DNA from: a bacterium
GTDB taxonomy: Bacteria; Acidobacteriota; Blastocatellia; HR10
Assembly (NCBI GenBank): GCA_041640655.1
Contig: JBEPZV010000003.1
Span: forward strand, 1-64,000
Direction of reading: 5' to 3'
DNA length: 64,000 nucleotides
How positions within the stretch are numbered: the first letter of the stretch is position 1; every line of letters starts with the position of its first letter. A program made the position numbers and the translations under genes. The notes beneath the pieces were generated by a model. It saw nothing but the letters and a program-made list of their open reading frames with translations, was not told where the DNA came from and did not search any database. Shown piece after piece: positions 10,214 to 18,958 of the stretch.

Positions 10214-10589
10214 AGATTGTGGCCGATGAAGGAGTGGACCGTCCGATTCTGGTGCGGCTGCGCCACAGCGGCCATCAGGTCCGGTATGTGGCCGAAATGG
10301 GGACGGGGATTTCCGATGATGTCGTCCTGACCTGGCCAATCAAGAAGGGGCGATATTGCTCACTGCGGACAAGGATTTTGGTGAGCTTGTCTTTCGCCAA
10401 GGGCGAGTGGCGAGAGGGGTTATTCTTCTCCGGCTGGCGGGTATCTCTCCGGACCGTAAGGCGGAGATCGTGGCATCGGCCCTCGCCGCCCATGGTGACG
10501 AAATGGAACACGCTTTCACCGTCATCACCTCGGGGGCTGTTCGCATCCGACGCCGAGTGATGGGATCAGAAAAGGGTGATCCCGCTTGA
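10210..10589 (+). pseudogene. DUF5615 PIN-like toxin, frameshifted near 10330
   Basis: MKIVADEGVD...ISDDVVL in one frame continues as LANQEGAILLTADKDFGELVF...GVILLRL in another; one base missing. Confidence 0.8.
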
Positions 10590-10608
10590 CCGTTCACCTT
10601 GGCCGACT

Positions 10609-10738
10609 GCCGAATGATCGCTCTGCCCTCGACCGTAGACCCTCCTTTTGCTTGAATCGGCGATCGGTGTAGCACAGGGGCGAGGCGAAGTCGCGAGGGA
10701 ATCGCCCCCCACAAGCGCTTCCGGCTCTATGGCGGCGA
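10609..10738. repeat. Copy 2 (degenerate) of cas10 5' end/promoter segment
   Basis: Matches 9674-9881 minus an internal block of about 80 bp; start codon ATG>ACG, -10 TACACT>TACACC. Confidence 0.85.
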
Positions 10739-10876
10739 TTCCCCCTGAAGGCAAAGACGGCGTAAACTCGAACCTTCCCCGCCGTGAGCCCCGCGCAGAT
10801 TGACCGTGTCGGCCCGGCTCACATCCGGTGGGAAGCAGGCGGCCCAGGCGCTCGGGCAGACACACAGTCAGGGCAT

Positions 10877-12877
10877 TCACCGAGACGACGCTTTCAGATA
10901 CTTCTCGAACCAGCCGATGATGCGGGTCATGAAGTCCAGTTGATGCGCGCGCTCGCTGACGCCGTGACCTTCGCGCGGATAGGTGACGAATTCGACGGGC
11001 ACGCCCTTCCACTTGAGCGCCGTGTAGAGTTCCTGCGATTGCCCGATGGGCACGCGCTGATCGGCCGCGCCGTGAATAAGGAGCACGGGCGTTTGCGCTT
11101 TGGCGATATGCGCAATCGGCGAGCGCTGCCAGTAGAGATCGAAGTTCTCGTACATGATGGCGTTCCAGTGGACCGTCGAATTCTCCCAGAAGATGTCCGA
11201 TGTGCCCGTCATGCTGTACCAGTTGGTGATGCCCATCCAGACAACGGCGGCCTTGAACCGATGACTCGCAAACGTCGCCGCCCACGCCGACGTGTATCCG
11301 CCGTAGCTCCCGCCGCCGATGCCGACGCGCTCGCCGTCTACCAGCCCAATGCGCACGAGATGATCAATGCCACTCAGCATGTCCTCGAACTCGCGGCCCA
11401 TGAGGTCGCGATGATCGGCTTTGGCGAAGGCCACGCCCCGCCCGATGCTCCCGCGATAGTTGGGATAGAAGACGACGAAGCCGCGACCGGCGAGCATCTG
11501 TCCCCAGCGCGAGTACGTGCCGAGCCAGCCGTTGAGATCGGCCGATTCCGGCCCGCCGTGCGGTTGCACAATGAGCGGATACCGCCGGCCCGGTTGATAG
11601 CCGACGGGTTTGACCACGACGCCTTCGATCTCCCAGCCGTCGGTGCTCTTCCAGCGGACGATCTCCTGCTGGCCGAGTCGCACATCGGCGAGCTGAGGGT
11701 TGAACGTCGTCAATCGCGCGAGCGGACGATTTCCGACCGGGCCGAAGAAGATTTCGTTCGGGTGCTCAGGCGTATGGGCCGCCATGGCCATCTGTCGGCC
11801 ATCGCGGCTGAAGCTCGGCGCGGACGCGTAGATGATCGGCTGATTCACGAGCCGCTCGCGCCGACGCTCGGGCAGCGCGATCGCGTACATGGCGTTGGCT
11901 TGTCGCTCGATGCTCGTGAAGACGATCGTGCTCGGTGCGCCGGGCAACCAGCCGAGCCAGATGGCCGTGCCCTCGTACCCGGCGAGCAGATTCTCGGGCG
12001 CGCCCCCGCCCGAAGGAACGACGAAGACGCTCCCGGCATAAGGATCATCCATCGAGGTCGCGCCCAGCCACGCGATCCATCGGCCATCGGGCGACCAGCG
12101 CGGATGCGTGAGCTTGCCTTCGGTCTTGACGAAGAGGCGCGGCTCGCCTCCTTCAGCCGAAACGCGCATGAGCTTCACCCGCATGAAGGAATCATCCACA
12201 AGCGGCGTCTCGGCGGCCGCCAGGATGAACTCGCGTCCATCGGGCGACCAATCGAAATCGTGCACGGTGAGGTCGCTGCGGGTGACCAGATGCGTTTCAC
12301 CCGTTTGCACATCCACGACGTAGAGGCGCGCGTGTTTGTAGTTGCGATCGGCGACGATCCAATCTCGCCCTTCGCGCTCGGCCTGCTGCTCTTCTTTCGT
12401 CTTCGGATCGGTGACGGTATAGGCGATGCGCCGGCCATCGGGCGACCAGCGGAACATGAGGACCGAATTCTCGGCGCGCGTGAGCGGACGGGCTTCGCCT
12501 CCATCGGCCGGGAGGAGATAAATCTGCGTGTGCGGCGAAGCCCAGCGCTGCGAGAGGAATGCGATCCAGCGTCCGTCGGGCGACCATTGCGGCGCGCGAT
12601 CGCTCTTGTCGTTATAGGTGAAGCGGCGCGGCTCGCCGCCCGAGGTCGGCATCACCCAGATTTCGCCGAGCGCCGCGCCCGGACCTTCGTCCTCGCGCCG
12701 CGCCCGCATGACCTGAAAGGCGATCTGCCGCCCATCGGGCGACAGTTGCACATCCACGATCCATCGAATGCTCAGGATCAGCTCCGGCGTCAAGACCTTC
12801 TCTTGAGCCGAAACCGTCAGGGCTAAGGCGAAGAAAAAGAGCGTGACGAAACGTTTTCGAAATCGCCCACCTATCAT
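10877..12877 (-). CDS. S9 family peptidase (dipeptidyl aminopeptidase/acylaminoacyl peptidase), secreted
   Basis: Signal peptide, WSPDG propeller repeats, HGGP, NYRGS, GGSYGG nucleophile, DQRV, EGH; AGGAGG RBS before ATG 12877. Confidence 0.92.
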   Translation of the reverse strand: MIGGRFRKRFVTLFFFALALTVSAQEKVLTPELILSIRWIVDVQLSPDGRQIAFQVMRARREDEGPGAALGEIWVMPTSGGEPRRFTYNDKSDRAPQWSPDGRWIAFLSQRWASPHTQIYLLPADGGEARPLTRAENSVLMFRWSPDGRRIAYTVTDPKTKEEQQAEREGRDWIVADRNYKHARLYVVDVQTGETHLVTRSDLTVHDFDWSPDGREFILAAAETPLVDDSFMRVKLMRVSAEGGEPRLFVKTEGKLTHPRWSPDGRWIAWLGATSMDDPYAGSVFVVPSGGGAPENLLAGYEGTAIWLGWLPGAPSTIVFTSIERQANAMYAIALPERRRERLVNQPIIYASAPSFSRDGRQMAMAAHTPEHPNEIFFGPVGNRPLARLTTFNPQLADVRLGQQEIVRWKSTDGWEIEGVVVKPVGYQPGRRYPLIVQPHGGPESADLNGWLGTYSRWGQMLAGRGFVVFYPNYRGSIGRGVAFAKADHRDLMGREFEDMLSGIDHLVRIGLVDGERVGIGGGSYGGYTSAWAATFASHRFKAAVVWMGITNWYSMTGTSDIFWENSTVHWNAIMYENFDLYWQRSPIAHIAKAQTPVLLIHGAADQRVPIGQSQELYTALKWKGVPVEFVTYPREGHGVSERAHQLDFMTRIIGWFEKYLKASSR

Positions 12878-13032
12878 CGCTCCCTCCTTATGACGTGATG
12901 TCGCGCAGGCTCCGTGCACCTGCGGCAGGTGGATTTTTTCATCTCTCGCGCAGAAAGGGAAGTGGGAAAGGGTCTTCTTCCGCCCGGACGGCCCCTCGGG
13001 CAAAAAGACGGCCCCGATCACCACCGCCAGAA

Positions 13033-13433
13033 AGCCCGCGTGAGTGGGCGTGCGAATAGAGCCCAAGGCAAGTCGAACGCGAACCCTCTTGAGATAACAC
13101 CTTCCGTATACAGCCCGCGGAGCGGGCGTGCGAATCTAGCCCAGGGCGAGCCGCAGGCGAGCCCTGGGATAACGACGTCACAATCATTCGAGCCTCCGAA
13201 GGGGGCGGCCCATCCGCACGATCGCACGCCGCGTTCGTGTGGACGACGTCTTCTTCCGCATGGGCCGCCCACGTGCGCGGGCTTGGGGGAAACTGTTGGG
13301 CTCCCGTTCCTAGGGCTCGCTCTCGCTCGCCCTAGGCTAAATTCGAACGCCCCCTTCGGGGGCTCGCATGCGGAATGGGGCTGATCTCAATAACGAGGGA
13401 TCGCTCTCGCTCACCCGCGGCTAATGACTGTCG
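13033..13433. repeat. REP/REPIN-like nested palindromic element
   Basis: Arm 13112-13213 is an imperfect inverted repeat of 13260-13364, each with internal hairpins; degenerate extra units at about 13033-13088 and 13395-13433. Confidence 0.75.
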
Positions 13434-13572
13434 GAGCCAGAACCAAGGAGGGATTGGAGTTGATCCGGAAGGTCCTGCGTCTTCGCCAAGATCGTCTGCA
13501 CCGATGGAGCATCCCGGCTCACGGCGCAGTGAGTCAGGGTGTTAACGCGCCGTTATTTCCGCTCCCCAGGAT

Positions 13573-15084
13573 TCAAAACGGATCGTGATCGAAAATCGTG
13601 ACCTCGCCGGTCACCGGCGAGGAGTAGATGAGCCGCCGCGCCTTGCCATGCAAAGCGTGCGCGATCCGCAAGTACATCCAGATCGGAGCCTGCCCGGTCA
13701 GAACAACAGCACGGCCTTCTCCGGCCATTTCCACGGCGCGCCGCTCGTATTTGGGCAAGTCGCTGAGCTTCGCCGTGCCTGAATAAAACGTGCTCAGATC
13801 AATCGTCACGACATCGGGTTCGATAGTCATCGCGTGTTCGCCTCCGAAAATGCGATCGAGCTTCTCGCTTATCTCTCTCACCCGCGCGACCAGCGCACCA
13901 GCTCTCAAAGGCTGCTCGTTCATCCCTGCGTGATCCACATCGTTTCGCGCGTCGCGGATCGTGCTCCAGAGCGCGATGAGCGAGTCCGCCTGAGCGTACG
14001 CGCGGAATCTCTCCATATCCGCCGCATCCGGCTCAGGGCCCACCCACGGGTCCGAATGTCTCCGCCCTTCCGGCTGTTTGCTCCAGGCCAGATAGTTGAG
14101 CAGGTGCTCGGCCCGCTCGCGCGCCTCCCGCTGAAGCGGGTTTTCGAGATCAAGGAGCAGGCAGGCGTGCGTCACCAGTAGCTCCCGCGCAAGCGTCAGC
14201 GCTTGAACCGCAAGTCCACGCTCGACATACCACGCGATCATGCGGCGCTGAGCATCGAGATTCTTCACGTCCGGCGGCGCGGCAAATTGCGCGAGTTCCC
14301 GCCGGAGGGCAGGCGCAACGAGCGCGAACGGCTTGGCCCATTGCTCGACCTCGTTCAGCGCGGCATCGGTGAACTCCTCGCTCACGCGTTTGGCCTTCTC
14401 CATGACCTCCAGTGGGCGGATGAGCAAAAGGGCTTGCGACAGCTCATCCACGCGATCGCCAATCTTCTGAAGCGCGGTCGGTCTCTGCGAGGACTCGATC
14501 CGATGCTTGCGCCAGGCTTCGGCTTGAATCTCCCGAAGCAATCGAGAGAGATCGGCGGCCGATCCGCTCCGACCGAACAGATGAACTGCTGCCAGCCAAT
14601 CGAGCAGACTCAAGAAGGGCGAGAGATCGAAGACCGGCGCGCGCCCCTCCTCGTCGCGAGCCTCGAACGCGCCGTAGACGACGCCGCGCACGCGCACATT
14701 CTTGACCACGCGAAGATAGGCGACGGCCAAAAACACCACAAACGGCAGCGAGCGGAACCCGTGCGTGATGTCAAAGAGCACCTCTTCGCCCTCCTCCACG
14801 CTTTCGACGACGCGATCGAAGATCGTCCACAGTTCGTCAGCTTTCCTGCCCCAGGGAATCTCCACGGCCTCCGGCGTGATTTTACCGGCGAGTTTTCCAC
14901 ACAGCTCCTCCCAGTAGCGCTCCCGCGATTCCTTCGTGACGAAGACCGTCATACGGCCGGGTTGGAAGAACTCATAGAGGGCGATAGGAAAGAGGTTCGA
15001 TTCCACCACCTTTCCTTCGTGCGTGTATCGCGCTGTCTTATACCCATCACCGGTCCCCAGCCCCACAAACGTCAGTGCTTTCAT
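13573..15084 (-). CDS. csx1: Csx1-like (TM1812/DxTHG) CARF-HEPN RNase fused to C-terminal Csx3/Crn3-like domain
   Basis: FDITHGFRSLP, YGAFEA, VFDLSPF (CARF); RNDVDHAG (HEPN); tail VVLTGQAPIWMYLRIAHALH resembles Csx3. Confidence 0.85.
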   Translation of the reverse strand: MKALTFVGLGTGDGYKTARYTHEGKVVESNLFPIALYEFFQPGRMTVFVTKESRERYWEELCGKLAGKITPEAVEIPWGRKADELWTIFDRVVESVEEGEEVLFDITHGFRSLPFVVFLAVAYLRVVKNVRVRGVVYGAFEARDEEGRAPVFDLSPFLSLLDWLAAVHLFGRSGSAADLSRLLREIQAEAWRKHRIESSQRPTALQKIGDRVDELSQALLLIRPLEVMEKAKRVSEEFTDAALNEVEQWAKPFALVAPALRRELAQFAAPPDVKNLDAQRRMIAWYVERGLAVQALTLARELLVTHACLLLDLENPLQREARERAEHLLNYLAWSKQPEGRRHSDPWVGPEPDAADMERFRAYAQADSLIALWSTIRDARNDVDHAGMNEQPLRAGALVARVREISEKLDRIFGGEHAMTIEPDVVTIDLSTFYSGTAKLSDLPKYERRAVEMAGEGRAVVLTGQAPIWMYLRIAHALHGKARRLIYSSPVTGEVTIFDHDPF

Positions 15085-15110
15085 AACTCCCTCCAAATCG
15101 CACAAGCGTT

Positions 15111-16403
15111 TCACCCCGGACTCACCTTTGTCACCTTCCCTTCGGCCGTCACGGCCATGACTTTCACCTTCACCCGCTTGCCCGGCGGATGCGGATAGTA
15201 AGGATGCTCGAACGTGACGTCCTGATCCAGCCCGCCGAGCAAGCGCACGGTCACTTTCCGGCCGTCATTGGCGATGACTTCGGCGTCGAGCTTGTCTCCC
15301 TGCTTCACCGGTGGTCGAGACGCCGCAGGTGGCTTTGGCGGTTTGGGCGACGGGGGCGAGATTTTCGCTTTCTGCTCCGCAGCGGGAGCGGCAGCCGGCG
15401 GCTTCTTCTCCGGCGTGGGCTTCGCGGCCGGCGTCGGAGCCGGCGCCTTTTGCACTTGGGCTTTCGCCAGCTCCGCTTTTCGCATCTTCGCGAGTTCCTC
15501 CTCCGAAATTCGCCCTTCGGCGAAGTAGCCGTAGCCGCTCGCCGTCTTGCCGCCAAAGCCAAGCTGTTCGAGCCCGCATTCGAGCCACTTTTCGGCGAGC
15601 CGCAGCGCGTCGTCCGAACGCGCCGCGAGCACGAACCGGAAGACAGGCTTGTCGCTCTCACGATCGCCGACGCCGATGGTCAGGAAGTTCACCGGGTTCG
15701 GGCTTTGCCATTCGGTCGGCAGATTGTTCTTCGGATCACGATAGTAGTCGGGGAAGTGCGGATTCAAGATGTCCACGTCCAGCCGTGGCGGTGCGATGGC
15801 ATACGCATCGAAGAAGATGACATCGCCTTGCCGGTGCTCTTTCGCCTGACGTTCGTCTTTGCTCTCGGAGCCGAAGACGAGTTTGATCTTGTCCGCCGAC
15901 TCACCTGTCAGCTCGGCCCACGCGCGCGCGACGCCCTTGAGCCCGCTTCCCGGCAAATAGGGAAAGCCGTAGAGCGGATGAAAGGCGAATCCCACCTCCA
16001 TCGGATGCGCTCCGCCAAGGCCCGAAAGGATTCGCGCTTCGGCCCGCTTGCCGAAAACGCTAGTTCTGTATCCGTGCTCCTTGAGCGACTCGATCATCCT
16101 CACCTGCCGGTCGAGGAAGGCATAGTAGGCATTGTGGGGAAAACTTCCAGCCATCTCTTGAACCCGTTCCAGGAACCGACTCTTGACACTTTTTTCTCGC
16201 CTTCCCTCTTTGACTTTAGCATCCAGCGTCCAATCGTCATCCCAAATCCAGACGAATTTGTTGAAGAGAAGCCCAATGTTCTGCGCTTGCATGCGAAGCG
16301 ATTCGGCCAAGGCGCGGCTATCCTGAGGCAAGGGCAAGCGAGGCGGAGGCGATCCGTTTGTTGGCCGTGCTTCTGCTCCTCCTCTTCTTCTCCCGTTCGG
16401 CAT
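15111..16403 (-). CDS. cmr6: type III-B RAMP Cmr6 with Pro/Ala/Lys linker and small beta C-terminal domain
   Basis: GLGGAHPMEVG, YGFPYLPGSGLKG, FFDAY, DILNPHFPDYY, PNPVNFLT, GFGGKTASGYG. Confidence 0.93.
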   Translation of the reverse strand: MPNGRRRGGAEARPTNGSPPPRLPLPQDSRALAESLRMQAQNIGLLFNKFVWIWDDDWTLDAKVKEGRREKSVKSRFLERVQEMAGSFPHNAYYAFLDRQVRMIESLKEHGYRTSVFGKRAEARILSGLGGAHPMEVGFAFHPLYGFPYLPGSGLKGVARAWAELTGESADKIKLVFGSESKDERQAKEHRQGDVIFFDAYAIAPPRLDVDILNPHFPDYYRDPKNNLPTEWQSPNPVNFLTIGVGDRESDKPVFRFVLAARSDDALRLAEKWLECGLEQLGFGGKTASGYGYFAEGRISEEELAKMRKAELAKAQVQKAPAPTPAAKPTPEKKPPAAAPAAEQKAKISPPSPKPPKPPAASRPPVKQGDKLDAEVIANDGRKVTVRLLGGLDQDVTFEHPYYPHPPGKRVKVKVMAVTAEGKVTKVSPG

Positions 16404-16405
16404 GG

Positions 16406-16816
16406 TTACTCCTCCTCCGGCTCAGGCAAGACGGCCTCGGCAAAGCGACGCAGCCAGTGGAGATAGCTGAGCGCCTCGGTCGTCGCCTGGCGATACGTCT
16501 CGCTTGTCGTGTTGAAAATCCGCTCGATCAATGTCGGCTGGCTGGCGCCGGTCCAGCGAATCTCACGAAAGAGCCAATTCTGAAGGTGAGAATAGACGAT
16601 CTCGTGAGCATCATCGGTATCGCCCTTCCCTTTCGATTTGAGGAACGCCAACGCCTGCCCAAGCCCATTGGTCAGGATCATCACCGGCAGCTTCAAGACG
16701 AGGCCGCGATACTTTCTCTTCACATCCGGCGATTTTCGATCTACTGCTTGCACGTCAGCCCACGCCGCTTTGGCCCGCTGCTGCTCTTTCGTTTGTTGAA
16801 AACTCACGCTAGCCAT
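16406..16816 (-). CDS. cmr5: type III-B small subunit Cmr5
   Basis: EQQRAKAAW, KLPVMILTNGLGQALAFL, YRQATTEAL, WLRRFAEA. Confidence 0.93.
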   Translation of the reverse strand: MASVSFQQTKEQQRAKAAWADVQAVDRKSPDVKRKYRGLVLKLPVMILTNGLGQALAFLKSKGKGDTDDAHEIVYSHLQNWLFREIRWTGASQPTLIERIFNTTSETYRQATTEALSYLHWLRRFAEAVLPEPEEE

Positions 16817-17765
16817 TGCCCTGCCCCTCCTTTTGTGGCTCCGGTTGTTTCCCTTGGCTATGGAATCGCACGCTGACGATGCCACGACCGATGGTCGCAT
16901 CGCCGCCAAGCTGCAAGCGCTTCCCGTCAATCCCGCGCAGGAATTCGAGCACGGCATTGGCGTCGGCTAATGCCGCTCGATCATCCTTCACCGGATCGTG
17001 CGCCAGCACGACCGAGTACAGCAGCGAATCCGGCAAGAGCGCCTCTTCGTAAAAGAGCCCGCCCTTCACGACGGTGCGCTTGTCATTGTCAATCTTGATC
17101 CGCGCCTGGACTTCTGTGGAGAGCTTGACGAAATCGCGGAAGGCGTTGTCGGGAAGTACAAGTAAGCTCTTTTTGACTTTGTCCCGCCAGAATTGATACT
17201 CGCTCCCGTTGGGAAAAGCCTTTTCGGAGAGCCACTCGGCGATCTTGGTCACCTCGGCCTTTGCTTGAAACCCGAAGGCGTATTCCTCCAACAAGACCTG
17301 ATCGCCAACAGCCACATCGCAACCATCTTGCACCCCCAGCACGGTTTGATCGTTCGGTGTCGGTGTAGTCCAACTCAACGTCACGCCCGCGATCTGCGCG
17401 TCGCGGCGGAATCGTTCGAGCACAGTCGGCGAGGTGCAATAGGCGAAGATGCCCTTGAGCGACCGCACGGGAAAGAGCAGAATCCGCGCATCGGTGAAGG
17501 TCACTGCTGCCGCGAATCCGCTCTCTTCGGAACCAATCTTATCCGGCCCGAACGCGAGTTCGATCTTCCGCTTGTTGGCGTTCTCAGTCGCTTGGAACTC
17601 GAACCACTCGCGGATGGCACCTTTAAGGCCGGATGCCTGAATCACCGGAAAGTCGGTATACTTTTCTCGTTGAATGGGCAGGTCCACGACGCCGAGGCTC
17701 GTGCCGCTGCCGGCATGAAGCGACGTCTCGGTGTAGAGAAACATCAACGTGGCTTTCTTGAACAT
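16809..17765 (-). CDS. cmr4: type III-B backbone RNase Cmr4
   Basis: TSLHAGSG, GVVDLPIQRE (catalytic Asp), DARILLFPVRS, GGLFYEE, LQLGGDATIGRG. Confidence 0.95.
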   Translation of the reverse strand: MFKKATLMFLYTETSLHAGSGTSLGVVDLPIQREKYTDFPVIQASGLKGAIREWFEFQATENANKRKIELAFGPDKIGSEESGFAAAVTFTDARILLFPVRSLKGIFAYCTSPTVLERFRRDAQIAGVTLSWTTPTPNDQTVLGVQDGCDVAVGDQVLLEEYAFGFQAKAEVTKIAEWLSEKAFPNGSEYQFWRDKVKKSLLVLPDNAFRDFVKLSTEVQARIKIDNDKRTVVKGGLFYEEALLPDSLLYSVVLAHDPVKDDRAALADANAVLEFLRGIDGKRLQLGGDATIGRGIVSVRFHSQGKQPEPQKEGQGNG

Positions 17766-17767
17766 AG

Positions 17768-18958
17768 CTACCATGCTCCTATCAGAGAGTGCCCGAAACC
17801 TTGCCGAGCGGTTTCGGGAAAAGTCTCCGAGTTTTCGGAGACGGATTTCTCATGGAAGGCTTCAGCGACGGCCTCTTCGTCGCCCTCCAGAAGCTCGAAG
17901 AAGTAGACGCTTCCGGCGGGCACGAAACGATGCACGGGCTTGGGATGCTGCCTCACCAGATCGAACCCGCCGATGCCGATGGGCTTGCCGAGCGCCACGG
18001 CGACGAGTTTGACGCGCACACTGTCGCGCGAGCCCTCGAGCGTTCGTTCGTCAATCCATCCGGGACGCCAGCCGTGCTCGAACAAAGCGGGCGTCGTGAG
18101 CACGATCTTGAACCGTCGGCGTTCTCCGATCCGTTGCTTGATCCCGTCGAGCGCTAGAGCGGAAACCTGTGCCGGTCGGTAATGAGCCGGGCGGCGATCT
18201 CCGCCCAGATTGATCACGCCCGATTCGGGCAGAAGCTTCGTCCCGCCGAATTCGGCGAAGAATCCGAGGCCCGATTTGAGGCGCACGTACTCGACGCTGT
18301 AGAGCAAGCCTTCGCGCACGGAGCGGCGCGCGCGATCCCGGGCGATACCGGTTCGCTCCTCTCGCGTGAAGATCGCCTCGCGGACGCCGTCTCCGGTGAT
18401 GACCTCCTGAGGCGCGAAGAACGCATCCGACGAGTGCGCGTCATCTTCCAGGTATCGCTGCATTCCGCGCTCGGTCAGCCACCCGGAAGCGGCTTCCAGA
18501 GGCACATCGCGGTGGAGCCAGAGATGTTGCAATCCCGGAGGAAGATTCGTCCGAACCGGGAATTGCTCAACCGGCTTCAGGAGTACGAGTTGTCCCGAGC
18601 CCTTCACCTCCGCCACATCACTCGGCAGGGGATAGAACAGTTCCACCGAGATCGCTCGCTGAGGAGCATCCGCCGACTCCCGCTTTCGCGCGACGAGGAG
18701 ACGACGAAGCTCAAGCGTGCCGAAATCGTTCGGCGAGCCGATCTCTTCGGCCAACTCCGGCGGAACATCCCGGCCTTCCCGGAACGCCTCGAAGCGACCG
18801 AAACGATGGCTCAACAGGTGAGAACGCACGGCTGCATAGACGGTTGATGGCGGCGGCGGAAACACGCTCCGCGCGAGATGATCTTCGCCTCCGGTGAACG
18901 GCTTGCCGTCACGAAAGAGCAACACATCGAGCGGCTCGATGAAGATCGTCGTACTCAT
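17768..18958 (-). CDS. cmr3: type III-B RAMP Cmr3
   Basis: IEPLDVLLFRDGKPF, FPPPPST, LGGDRR, LTTPALF, GGFD, VPAGSVYFF, GFG. Confidence 0.93.
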   Translation of the reverse strand: MSTTIFIEPLDVLLFRDGKPFTGGEDHLARSVFPPPPSTVYAAVRSHLLSHRFGRFEAFREGRDVPPELAEEIGSPNDFGTLELRRLLVARKRESADAPQRAISVELFYPLPSDVAEVKGSGQLVLLKPVEQFPVRTNLPPGLQHLWLHRDVPLEAASGWLTERGMQRYLEDDAHSSDAFFAPQEVITGDGVREAIFTREERTGIARDRARRSVREGLLYSVEYVRLKSGLGFFAEFGGTKLLPESGVINLGGDRRPAHYRPAQVSALALDGIKQRIGERRRFKIVLTTPALFEHGWRPGWIDERTLEGSRDSVRVKLVAVALGKPIGIGGFDLVRQHPKPVHRFVPAGSVYFFELLEGDEEAVAEAFHEKSVSENSETFPETARQGFGHSLIGAW

